Shown: positions 1-7,721 of the stretch, in pieces
How the letters are laid out: each line of letters opens with the position of its first letter
Position numbering within the stretch: the stretch's first letter is position 1
Virus record (IMG/VR): IMGVR_UViG_3300021130_000224
Span: 1 to 64,000 of that record
DNA length: 64,000 nt
Source of the DNA: a virus
Reading direction: 5' to 3' (one strand)
Program-made: the position numbers and the translations under genes
The notes under the pieces: model-generated
Seen by the model: only the letters and a program-made list of their open reading frames with translations
The model's database searches: none
Told to the model about the DNA's origin: nothing

Positions 1-71
1 TTCTCTGTAACATTTGGAAGACTGGCTTTCATTTCTTCGAGCGATAACAATACTTCTTTTTGATTTTCCAT
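1..71 (-). CDS. hypothetical protein, 5' part only (MENQKEVLLSLEEMKASLPNVTE...), runs off the window
   Basis: ATG at 71-69 after an A-rich leader; frame open to position 1. Confidence 0.55.
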   Translation of the reverse strand, partial: MENQKEVLLSLEEMKASLPNVTE

Positions 72-83
72 TTTTCTGTGTTT

Positions 84-930
84 TTAAAAAATATACCTAA
101 TTGATTTGATTGAAAAATAATTTTGATAGAGTTCTTTAAACTGGCAGATCATTTCATTCTTGAGCTGCCATTGGTATCTGATGTTACCATCTACGTACTG
201 TGAGTTCTTATGCTCTTGTATCTCCGGCTTCCAGCATAGTGCATTGACGGCATCCGTATTTCTTTCGTGTTGTACATTATTGTAAGTAAGAAAGATACAC
301 TCGGATTTGAAATCAATTCCCTGTAACTGTTTAAATAGTTTGTCATACTCAGCAAGCCAACCTGGATGGTAGACAATAGGGCTGAAGTTAATGTGCACCT
401 CAAACTGTTGCTGCAGTTTTGGTATTGCTGCTATCCTATCGGTAATTTTATCCGTATTAGGTTCAAGCACATCACTATACACTTGAGGCATCAATGATAC
501 ACGTATCCGGTTCTTCTGAGGATCAATTTCGTAATCCCTCATCTTTGTAGGATACTTTGTAGCAAAGGTGCTCTTTACCTTCTCATGGTGGTTAAAGAAA
601 TCAAACACCTTCTGCCAGTTATAATACTTACCCATTAACGGCACATCAGTACTGCAGCCAATATCAACACAATAATACTTCCCATCTACCTGGTTAGGTA
701 TCTTCTCCCACGGTTGTTTAGCTACCCACTTGTCAACAGAGCTGAGAATGTTGTCTACATTTTCATTGATGTATACTTTATCTGGATTATGACGAGAAAC
801 GTAACAATAACTTTTCATGCAGCCACCCACGTCACAAACACCCGTACACAAAATTAGGAGAGATAGCATCAGAGCTTCTTCCATTATCTCGTGTAACGAG
901 TGTTTTTGTATTTTGTTTTATGATTTTCAT
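84..930 (-). CDS. spore photoproduct lyase (SplB)-family radical SAM protein, interrupted by a TGA and a frame change at 828-834
   Basis: ATG at 930 (ATGA overlap with upstream gene) gives MKIIKQNTKTLVTRDNGRSSDAISPNFVYGCL*. The shifted frame continues GGCMKSYCYVSRH...DIGCSTD...TFATKY...RIRVSLMP...VHINFSPIV, all SPL-family motifs. Confidence 0.8.
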
Positions 931-1493
931 AATTCTGTTTTCATTTTCTTGTAAAGAATCTTGAGTGCTGCATATACCTCACCTCTGTCATACATGTCGC
1001 CATTTTCTGCAGGATAAATGCAACTGAGGATAGCTCTATCCATCTCTATCATATTGGTAGTATCTTCTGTAGGATCATTAAGTGGTATCCGGGCATTTAC
1101 TTTAGCTTGCTTTACATTAGTTGTAATGGCTTCAATTGCATGCTCATTAAGTTCTGTAAGCTCGTTAAGTAATAAATTCATCTCTTGCATCTGTTCACTT
1201 GTCAGATGATTCATAACTACGTTCCAAGTATCTGCATTCATAGTTGTTTTCATCTTGAGTATCATAGCATCAAGACTACGTTGCTGATCAGATGCAAGTA
1301 CCCGGTAATCTACAAAAGATTTATCCTTATTGGCTTTAGCAATTGTTGCCCATTCTTTAAGTGTATCGGATGTACGAAGACACTCCAAAGAAACTTTCAT
1401 AAGCTGCCAATAGACAAAAAAGCGTTTTATGTCATCTTTAAGAACCATGTGCTTTACTGAACTTCTGTTGAGTCTGTTTATATAATCTGCCAT
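927..1493 (-). CDS. hypothetical helical protein
   Basis: 188-aa ORF, translationally coupled to the SPL-like gene. Confidence 0.8.
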   Translation of the reverse strand: MADYINRLNRSSVKHMVLKDDIKRFFVYWQLMKVSLECLRTSDTLKEWATIAKANKDKSFVDYRVLASDQQRSLDAMILKMKTTMNADTWNVVMNHLTSEQMQEMNLLLNELTELNEHAIEAITTNVKQAKVNARIPLNDPTEDTTNMIEMDRAILSCIYPAENGDMYDRGEVYAALKILYKKMKTEL

Positions 1494-1520
1494 TTCTTTA
1501 GTTTAACTAATTTCAAAATA

Positions 1521-1548
1521 AAAGACCGGGCTGTTACACCCGGCCTTT
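1521..1548 (-). terminator. intrinsic terminator-like hairpin
   Basis: minus strand AAAGGCCGGG-TGTAACAG-CCCGGTCTTT followed by TATTTT. Confidence 0.6.
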
Positions 1549-1569
1549 CTTTCTCACAATCAACAATTC

Positions 1570-1755
1570 TCACATTGCTGTATCTTTAAATCTCTTTTCT
1601 GCAAGTTGCCAGGCTCTTACAAAATGCTCCCAAGAGAAATCTCTTTCTCTTTGTGTCATTGTGATAAGATCACCTTGAGGGTACATTTTATTCCACTCTT
1701 CCTTAGCAATATCTATTATTTCTGCTTTTCTTTTTGTGAAAGTAATATTTGACAT
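1570..1755 (-). CDS. hypothetical protein
   Basis: 61-aa ORF in a tightly packed minus-strand operon. Confidence 0.7.
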   Translation of the reverse strand: MSNITFTKRKAEIIDIAKEEWNKMYPQGDLITMTQRERDFSWEHFVRAWQLAEKRFKDTAM

Positions 1756-1955
1756 TCTGATACACTTTTACCTTGAATAATATTTTTTGCTTGTACCCAT
1801 GCGTTATATTCACTAATTGGTGTTTTTGCAAATACATCTTCACCATCCATTATACAATGATAAACGTGTAGCATAAAAGAACCTTCTTTACTTGTTTTTA
1901 CTTTTTGGTAAGTCAAGTGAGGGCAATTCTGTTGCACCCATTCTTTTGCTCTCAT
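1716..1955 (-). CDS. hypothetical protein
   Basis: 79-aa ORF in operon. Confidence 0.7.
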   Translation of the reverse strand: MRAKEWVQQNCPHLTYQKVKTSKEGSFMLHVYHCIMDGEDVFAKTPISEYNAWVQAKNIIQGKSVSECQILLSQKEKQK

Positions 1956-1959
1956 GGTA

Positions 1960-2484
1960 TTAATCTTTAAAATCTTTTTCTGCTTCCCAATATCCTGTAT
2001 CAGTAATATTTTCTTTTTCAGAAACAGGAATTGTCCATTTTGTTTTCAGAAGCTCATTGTGAATACTCTGAAGATTATTAAATTTACTTAGTAGTTCAGT
2101 ATAACCTTTCCGACCATCTTTACGGCCCATAACATAACCAAAAATTGCCATTACTAACAATGATATTACCGGTATTAATCCACGCATACTATTATATTCC
2201 CAATAAACCCAGTTTCCTCCAGCATCTGTATTGTCAGTCAAATGCCAACTTTCACGGACATATATCTTTTGGCCTATCGAGTAGGGGAGCTTTATGTACT
2301 GCGTTGTAAGGTTGGAATTGTTGAACTTAGCCCATATACCTTCGTGGTCTTGCATCATTCCGTTTTCTAGTACCGTATCAAGCATATAAGCGGGGTCAAT
2401 ATCAACTACCTCATAAAAAGCGGTAATCTTACCTTGCATTATCGAACGGACTTCATCCGTGGTGAATATCTTAGAGTGGCGCAT
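1960..2484 (-). CDS. apparent fusion of a truncated ASCH/PUA-like phage protein and a small membrane protein
   Basis: N-terminal IFTTDEVRSIMQGK...LPYSIGQKIYVRESW pattern; internal MRGLIPVISLLVMAIFGYVMG transmembrane segment. Confidence 0.6.
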   Translation of the reverse strand: MRHSKIFTTDEVRSIMQGKITAFYEVVDIDPAYMLDTVLENGMMQDHEGIWAKFNNSNLTTQYIKLPYSIGQKIYVRESWHLTDNTDAGGNWVYWEYNSMRGLIPVISLLVMAIFGYVMGRKDGRKGYTELLSKFNNLQSIHNELLKTKWTIPVSEKENITDTGYWEAEKDFKD

Positions 2485-2487
2485 GGG

Positions 2488-2676
2488 TTAAAGAATTTCA
2501 ATTGTTATTTTAACTTTGTTTGTATCATAGCAGTCTTTAGCCATTGATTTGGTAAGTTCTATTTTCACTTCACTACCAAAAAGTTCAACTATTGCATATT
2601 CTTTAGGTGGTTTGCTAAAAACACCCCCTATACCCATTCTCACAATATCACATATTACTGTTTTTGTCTTTTTCAT
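2488..2676 (-). CDS. hypothetical protein
   Basis: 62-aa ORF in operon. Confidence 0.7.
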   Translation of the reverse strand: MKKTKTVICDIVRMGIGGVFSKPPKEYAIVELFGSEVKIELTKSMAKDCYDTNKVKITIEIL

Positions 2677-2696
2677 AATCCTCTTTGAGTGAGTGG

Positions 2697-2909
2697 TTAG
2701 TTGATAATATTTCTGCGTTTTAAAACCTTATCATCACGCATCATTTTATTGCATACATCGGTGAAGTTTTTGCCGCTTACTACAGTGCAGCCACCTGTTG
2801 CCTTATTGGTCATAAAAACTACAATATTTGGCTCATCCCATGTTATTTGCAAATCGTTGTCTATGATGATGCTTTTCATTTTAGTTATGGACCGTATACT
2901 TTGCACCAT
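2697..2909 (-). CDS. hypothetical protein (start uncertain)
   Basis: ORF in operon. Confidence 0.6.
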   Translation of the reverse strand: MVQSIRSITKMKSIIIDNDLQITWDEPNIVVFMTNKATGGCTVVSGKNFTDVCNKMMRDDKVLKRRNIIN

Positions 2910-3112
2910 GTTACTCCTGTTTTTGTTAGCAGGATATCTATCTTGGCTTCTGGGGCGTTTTCGCAGAACCGGTGGAGTGTTGTGTCGTCTTGGAATATCT
3001 TTCTCTCTTCGGGCTCTAACTCTTGAATTGCTTTTATGGGTACGGTTTGAAGATGCCTGTAGGCATATTCTCTGTGTGAGGCATCATAAATTGTGTATCT
3101 TAAATTACCCAC
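2885..3112 (-). CDS. hypothetical protein (start uncertain)
   Basis: 75-aa ORF with GTG start. Confidence 0.5.
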   Translation of the reverse strand: MGNLRYTIYDASHREYAYRHLQTVPIKAIQELEPEERKIFQDDTTLHRFCENAPEAKIDILLTKTGVTWCKVYGP

Positions 3113-3116
3113 TATG

Positions 3117-3335
3117 CTATAAATTTATTCCTTTTGCCATTCTCCTTCTCTCCTTCTCTTGCCTTCGCTGTGTCCTTGTCTTGTATGCTCCTACTTGTAT
3201 GCTGTGCTGGTTGTGAGTGGGTGAATTGTGTTCTCTCTTGTGTGGTGATTGTGGGTTAATGGTGTGGGCGTTCCCTGCTGCTAGATGGTAGAACGCTTTT
3301 TGTGTTAGTTTTCTTTGTTGGATGGGGGCGTTCCT
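3117..3335 (-). pseudogene. open frame with no upstream start codon (possible decapitated gene)
   Basis: 72 sense codons ending ...YKTRTQRRQEKERRRMAKGINL*; the only ATG is 7 codons before the stop; bounded upstream by a TGA inside a GC-rich element. Confidence 0.35.
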
Positions 3336-3374
3336 TCAGCCTTCGGCAGGAAGGCGGGCTTTACGCTGCAAGTC
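3324..3374. repeat. GC-rich structured element (REP/MITE-like), with GGGCGTTCC also present at 3266
   Basis: GGGGGCGTTCCTTCAGCCTTCGGCAGGAAGGCGGGCTTTACGCTGCAAGTC in an AT-rich genome; internal hairpin GCC-TTC-GGC. Confidence 0.4.
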
Positions 3375-3604
3375 TAACGGTAATTTACAATACAATCAGA
3401 CCTTCTTACTGGCATAAACCAGTCGTTGCAGGTACCGCTCATAACTAATTTAATCCTGGATAGTGTATTCCTTGGCGCTTTTACAACCAATGCAAATGCC
3501 GGCTCCTTATATTGTGGAGGTGTTACAAATGATTGGCCACCTCTTATTAAACAGAAATCTACAAACTCTTGGCCATTGTAAGTTATGGATTTTATGATCT
3601 TCAT
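3374..3604 (-). CDS. hypothetical protein
   Basis: 76-aa ORF. Confidence 0.65.
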   Translation of the reverse strand: MKIIKSITYNGQEFVDFCLIRGGQSFVTPPQYKEPAFALVVKAPRNTLSRIKLVMSGTCNDWFMPVRRSDCIVNYR

Positions 3605-3629
3605 TTGTGTGCAATTTTTATGCTGTTAT

Positions 3630-4040
3630 TTAAAATACTACTATCATGCTGTCAAGCGGATTCCCAGACTTCAACTTGATCCTGTTGCCGTTTTCGTCCA
3701 TTTTTTCAAACTGTATTCTTCCGCGCCGGAATCTAACTTCTTTTGCGTTAGGCAGTATGATATCGTGGAATAACTTTGTCCCGGTCTGAGCAGGTATCAA
3801 TAGCACGCTGCTATTGCCTTTATCTTTCTCTGCTATTGCCTTTAGGATAAAAGCCTTCTTTAACTCAGGGCTGTACGGCGGGTTGACAAAGTTCATGCGC
3901 CCCCAGTCTATTATCAACCCATCATTTATAATCTCCCCCTCATTAAAAGGACATGGGTCGAAGTCAAAATGGAACTCTTCGTCCAGCTTATTGTATACGT
4001 CCACCGGTGTTAACCAATTGTCTGTGTCTTTTCTTTTCAT
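3630..4040 (-). CDS. phage DNA N6-adenine methyltransferase (Dam/PF05869-like)
   Basis: DNWLTP...FHFDFDPC, catalytic FVNPPYS, VLLIPAQTGT, EVRFRRGRIQF. Confidence 0.9.
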   Translation of the reverse strand: MKRKDTDNWLTPVDVYNKLDEEFHFDFDPCPFNEGEIINDGLIIDWGRMNFVNPPYSPELKKAFILKAIAEKDKGNSSVLLIPAQTGTKLFHDIILPNAKEVRFRRGRIQFEKMDENGNRIKLKSGNPLDSMIVVF

Positions 4041-4405
4041 TTTTTTGTTGTGTTTAGTTGATAAATAAAGCCATTAATCCCTTTTCTGTCGTGCGAAGAT
4101 AAAACATTTTCTTTACACAAACAAGCAATACTAACAGAAATGCCGACAATATACGCTTTACGGTGTTTTCTGCTAACAGGTTTGGCTAATCCTTTTGTGA
4201 TAAACCTTTCCAAGAGCTCGGAAGTGGTGAATGTTTGCTTCGGATCGGTAAATTCTGCCATGATCATGCGCTTCCAGGGTATCCGTGAGTTGCCCTGCAG
4301 AACCGCAATCTCTCTCTGGGTGTTCTTTAAGTTCTGATCAAGCATTTTTATGGTGGCCAGAAGCAGTTGCTCTTCTTGTTGTAACTGGGTTATTGATTTA
4401 CTCAT
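4037..4405 (-). CDS. coiled-coil plus possible winged-helix protein
   Basis: N-terminal heptads, then a wHTH-like helix/helix/hairpin pattern. Confidence 0.6.
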   Translation of the reverse strand: MSKSITQLQQEEQLLLATIKMLDQNLKNTQREIAVLQGNSRIPWKRMIMAEFTDPKQTFTTSELLERFITKGLAKPVSRKHRKAYIVGISVSIACLCKENVLSSHDRKGINGFIYQLNTTKK

Positions 4406-4692
4406 CCTTGTTGTTTTAGGTATTGTTCAAAACTTACTTGAGGAAGGTCGTACTTCCTGATTTGTATTCCCAGTTTTTGGTATTCTCCGGGTCGAGTGAG
4501 CTTACCCCAGCCATGATTGATATCCATTCCCTTGGGCGCACAAAGAAACAATAACCGGTAATGCGGATCCGCAAATTCTGCATGCGGGGATACGTCTCTT
4601 ATTATAAAATCATGCCTATACTCAAGATTTATCAGCATGCGCCCATTAACCCAGTCGGTTAAGTGTTGCATCTTTTCTTCTATTGACATCAT
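4402..4692 (-). CDS. hypothetical protein
   Basis: ATGA-coupled ORF. Confidence 0.75.
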   Translation of the reverse strand: MMSIEEKMQHLTDWVNGRMLINLEYRHDFIIRDVSPHAEFADPHYRLLFLCAPKGMDINHGWGKLTRPGEYQKLGIQIRKYDLPQVSFEQYLKQQG

Positions 4693-4922
4693 TTCATACT
4701 ATTTTTTAGGTTCTCGATAAAATCTGGGTCAGGCTGAATGTCAATCATTCCTTGTTTCTCCCCTACGTTAAAATATAGGTTTGGCTTACTCACCACCTCG
4801 TCAATAGCCTCTTTTCGTGCTGCGTTGAGGGCTGCAATCGCTTCCGTAATAGGCACAAGACGAGTGTCTCCTAACGAATATACGATTGGGGTATTTTTGA
4901 AATAATCTTCTGCATCTCTCAT
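4689..4922 (-). CDS. hypothetical protein
   Basis: ATGA-coupled ORF. Confidence 0.75.
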   Translation of the reverse strand: MRDAEDYFKNTPIVYSLGDTRLVPITEAIAALNAARKEAIDEVVSKPNLYFNVGEKQGMIDIQPDPDFIENLKNSMK

Positions 4923-4973
4923 ATTTTTCGTTTTTAGTTTACTTTTAAGCCTTAAAGTACACTATGATTTTTC

Positions 4974-5366
4974 TTAGTTTACTTTCCGACCATTTTTAAC
5001 AATATCCACCGCTCGTTCTATTGCGGCTGCGAGGGCTGAGGGGTGGGTGTCGAAGCAAACTGCGGAATCTATTTTTTTAATGTGTTCAATATCTGTGATT
5101 ATAAAAGACCATCCAAATACACTTCCGACTTGTATACACACATGCAGCCCGTGTTTATCACGCAGATAGTCTTGTGCCTCGTACAGTGTCGGTGCGGAGA
5201 ACAATTGTATCATTCTGTTTGTCAAATTGGGGTGATTGTAGTCTACCTCCTCCCCTTTATCAAAATACATTTCAACCGTTGAGTTGGTAAAATAATTACC
5301 GCTCACGGGGACATCATACCCCACCTCTTTCAGCTTAATCGCTAACTGTTTTGTTACGTGTATCAT
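4974..5366 (-). CDS. hypothetical protein of a type common in Bacteroidota phages
   Basis: VTKQLAIKLKEVGY...SAPTLYEAQDYLRDKHGLHV pattern. Confidence 0.8.
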   Translation of the reverse strand: MIHVTKQLAIKLKEVGYDVPVSGNYFTNSTVEMYFDKGEEVDYNHPNLTNRMIQLFSAPTLYEAQDYLRDKHGLHVCIQVGSVFGWSFIITDIEHIKKIDSAVCFDTHPSALAAAIERAVDIVKNGRKVN

Positions 5367-5635
5367 TGTTCCTTAGTTTTAGATTGTCTGTCTTGAATGA
5401 ATAATGCGAAAAGCTCGGGTGTAGATGGCTCTGCACAACACATACATCGTTCTCCCTGACAGGAGCCACTTACAAAGTTCGACTTTTCATTAAGTTTCTT
5501 TCTTTCATCAAATCTACCTTTAATATAAATAGCTCTTTGGGGAAGATGATCATTCATCTCTTCTATTCTATCAGATTGAGTAAAAAGTTTATTAGCATCC
5601 TCTTGAATATCTTGAGGTATTATTTGTTCTGCCAT
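5363..5635 (-). CDS. hypothetical protein
   Basis: coupled ORF. Confidence 0.7.
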   Translation of the reverse strand: MAEQIIPQDIQEDANKLFTQSDRIEEMNDHLPQRAIYIKGRFDERKKLNEKSNFVSGSCQGERCMCCAEPSTPELFALFIQDRQSKTKEQ

Positions 5636-5638
5636 AGT

Positions 5639-5938
5639 TTATATATTTTTAAATCTTTCACAAGCTGTCAAATAACCATTCTTGGCTTCTTCTGACCATC
5701 CATCAAATGATTCTGATTCGGCTTTTTCTATTTCAACAAGTAATTGTTCTTTCTGATATTGTGCTCCTGCTTTGAATGCTTCATAATCATTCTCTGCATT
5801 TTGAGTACTATAAACTTTGTTTTGATAATGTTCAGCAGCTTCTTTAAGAGTATCTGGTTTTATACCTTGTTCTCCCGCATCTCTAAGAATAGACTGTAAT
5901 AGACTATCAATAACAATAACCTTATCTTTTTTATTCAT
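5639..5938 (-). CDS. hypothetical protein (likely start MNKKD at 5938)
   Basis: TLKEAAEHY...AFKAGAQYQKEQ motif typical of Bacteroidota phage small proteins. Confidence 0.7.
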   Translation of the reverse strand: MNKKDKVIVIDSLLQSILRDAGEQGIKPDTLKEAAEHYQNKVYSTQNAENDYEAFKAGAQYQKEQLLVEIEKAESESFDGWSEEAKNGYLTACERFKNI

Positions 5939-6386
5939 TTTTATGTATTTTAAGGTAATCAATAGCCTCTTGTAATATGTCTATATTATCAGTAGACATT
6001 CCTAATAAATGATTACATCTATGACAAAGCAATCCTCTAATTTTTCCAGAATTATGACAGTGGTCTACTGATAGAAATCTTACGTTTAAGCTTCTATTTT
6101 TAGAAGTTTCAGGTTCTTTACATATAGCACAAACATTTCCCTGACTTTCTAACATTTTATCATAATCTGATAAAGTCATTCCAAATGTTCTTAGTAGATG
6201 GTTCTTCCTACTATTGGTAGCAAACTCTTTCTTCTTTCCTAAATACATTTCACTTGCACAACTTTTACATCTGAAATTTAAACCACAGGAAGCTCTTGCA
6301 TTTTTAGTAAAATTCTTTATAGGTAGTGTCTCCTTACATATGGAACACAGCTTCTTACCATCTATTATAGTTATCTTTTCGCTCAT
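5931..6386 (-). CDS. endonuclease VII-family (His-Me) homing endonuclease
   Basis: N-terminal CxxC..CxxC; YDKMLESQGNVCAIC...VDHCH..GKIRGLLCHRCN; ATG at 6386 just after a sigma-A -7 box. Confidence 0.9.
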   Translation of the reverse strand: MSEKITIIDGKKLCSICKETLPIKNFTKNARASCGLNFRCKSCASEMYLGKKKEFATNSRKNHLLRTFGMTLSDYDKMLESQGNVCAICKEPETSKNRSLNVRFLSVDHCHNSGKIRGLLCHRCNHLLGMSTDNIDILQEAIDYLKIHKNE

Positions 6387-6391
6387 GTAAA

Positions 6392-6423
6392 CAAAAGTAC
6401 AACTTTTGTATAAGATAACCAAA
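6392..6423 (-). promoter_or_regulatory. Bacteroidota sigma-A promoter (leaderless transcript)
   Basis: minus strand TTTG-N20-TACTTTTG-TTTAC-ATG. Confidence 0.75.
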
Positions 6424-6429
6424 TAAATT

Positions 6430-7062
6430 TTAAGGTCGAATATGCTGTAATACTTCTTTTTCACACTCTGGATAAGTAGTATCACCTGTAGCTCCAATCA
6501 CATACGCCAAGTTAATAGCTTCCTTTAGTTGCATTAAACTATAGTGATTAGATACTGAAACTTCATTAGAAATTACACAAACCTCGTTGTCTTTGGTGAG
6601 TTTGAGCTTTTCTTTAAAAATAACATGCTTCATTGTTGACCCTTCATGAATACGCTCTTCAGTATCTAACTCAACCTCATCTATCTCACCATTAGCAATT
6701 ACATACTTCTCAATGAATGATTGCGGTATAGCTGGTAAACCTAATGAAGGGTCTGTTGATGCTATTATTTTCTTCCAACCTTCCACATCTTGAAAAGCTG
6801 ATGGTATTTTATTTTGTATTACCTTATAATGATTTACACCATTATTAATACAAATAACCCAATCACCTTCCTTTATCTCTTCATCACTAAGAACCAGTAG
6901 TTGTTGTGGTTGCCAAATACCACCATCAAAATTATGGGTAGCTATTCTATATCTTTCTACAGCACCTGCTTCCTCAAAAGCTGGTTTTTTAATAAGATCA
7001 TCTGCTTTATAAATACCTTTATCTCCTAAAGGTATTGTTACTATTTGTACTGTCTTTTTCAT
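6430..7062 (-). CDS. hypothetical protein of a type common in Bacteroidota phages
   Basis: LSDEEIKEGDW...KKIIASTDPSLGLPAIPQSFIEKY. Confidence 0.8.
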   Translation of the reverse strand: MKKTVQIVTIPLGDKGIYKADDLIKKPAFEEAGAVERYRIATHNFDGGIWQPQQLLVLSDEEIKEGDWVICINNGVNHYKVIQNKIPSAFQDVEGWKKIIASTDPSLGLPAIPQSFIEKYVIANGEIDEVELDTEERIHEGSTMKHVIFKEKLKLTKDNEVCVISNEVSVSNHYSLMQLKEAINLAYVIGATGDTTYPECEKEVLQHIRP

Positions 7063-7080
7063 TGTCTATATGTTTTTGAA

Positions 7081-7332
7081 TTACCACTTTATTTCAAATC
7101 TGTCCGCAATGACAGTTATTTTATATCCCATGTTCTCTAATTCAATTTTCATAGTATCAACTATATCTCTTGATAGACCAGATGATGTAAAATCCTTTTT
7201 TATGTCAATATTATAAGAAAAATGACCATTACCCGCAACAGTATCTATATACCCTAGTATTACTCTAAGTGAGGACTTTAATGCTTTTTTCCTCATTGCT
7301 TCTGAGTGTGTTTGCTTTTTAAATAGTGTCAT
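7081..7332 (-). CDS. hypothetical protein
   Basis: 83-aa ORF. Confidence 0.75.
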   Translation of the reverse strand: MTLFKKQTHSEAMRKKALKSSLRVILGYIDTVAGNGHFSYNIDIKKDFTSSGLSRDIVDTMKIELENMGYKITVIADRFEIKW

Positions 7333-7373
7333 GTTTTATGTTTTTGAATTGTGAAAAAATCTAAATAAAAATA

Positions 7374-7443
7374 CCTGGAGGCAGTAAAGTGAATCACTCT
7401 CTACTGCTGCTCCAGGTGGCGAATACAACCGACACAGGCTGTA
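7374..7443 (-). terminator. two-hairpin element ending the RNA-gene cluster (terminator or small structured RNA)
   Basis: TACAGCC-TGTGTC-GGTTGTA, linker TTCGCC, then long stem ACCTGGAG..GCAGTA....TACTGC-CTCCAGGT followed by ATTTTTATTT. Confidence 0.55.
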
Positions 7444-7455
7444 ATAATTTGTAAG

Positions 7456-7526
7456 TAGTTCTATCTTGATTTGAACAAGATCTAACTCTGTCAAAGAGAG
7501 TTGTGCTACCGTTACACTATGGAACT
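7456..7526 (-). tRNA. trnQ: tRNA-Gln(UUG), no encoded CCA
   Basis: AGTTCCA acceptor (one C-A mismatch), D-arm, anticodon arm ACTCT-CTTTGAC-AGAGT, T-arm TCTTG-TTCAAAT-CAAGA. Confidence 0.85.
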
Positions 7527-7551
7527 ATTTACCTGTCTCTCCAGGTTGTCA
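7527..7551 (-). repeat. tRNA 5'-leader motif, copy 1
   Basis: TGACAACCTGGAGAGACAGGTAAAT abutting tRNA-Gln position +1. Confidence 0.8.
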
Positions 7552-7595
7552 CGATCCCCTTATTTCATACTGCCTCGTAGACCGTCAACGAGCTG

Positions 7596-7669
7596 TACCC
7601 CGGATTGGACTTGAACCAATGACTCTCAGTTTAGAAAACTGATGCTACTATCCACTGAGCTACCGAAGC
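7596..7669 (-). tRNA. trnR: tRNA-Arg(UCU), no encoded CCA
   Basis: GCTTCGG/CCGGGGT acceptor, anticodon arm TCAGT-TTTCTAA-ACTGA, T-arm ATTGG-TTCAAGT-CCAAT. Confidence 0.9.
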
Positions 7670-7695
7670 ATTTACCTGTCTATTCCAAGCTGTCA
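7670..7695 (-). repeat. tRNA 5'-leader motif, copy 2
   Basis: TGACAGCTTGGAATAGACAGGTAAAT abutting tRNA-Arg position +1. Confidence 0.8.
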
Positions 7696-7721
7696 TAACT
7701 GATTGATAATCAATTAGTTAG

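Noticed and set aside
832-834. TGA read-through or selenocysteine in the SPL-like gene
   Set aside because: The downstream conserved sequence is in a different frame, so read-through alone cannot restore it.
2701-3216. 171-aa plus-strand ORF and other antisense ORFs in the track
   Set aside because: They are shadows of real genes on the opposite strand, with Leu/Phe/Ser-rich composition and no motifs.
7552-7595. Theta/HDV-like ribozyme in the tRNA-Arg 3' trailer
   Set aside because: Only a simple CTCGT/ACGAG hairpin is visible; I could not build the nested double pseudoknot.
7596-7669. Amber suppressor tRNA (CTA in the loop) and stop-codon recoding as in some Crassvirales
   Set aside because: The 7-nt loop TTTCTAA centres on TCT (Arg). 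Long genes are intact in code 11, and both TAG and TGA serve as real stops (for example 42340 and the ATGA overlaps).
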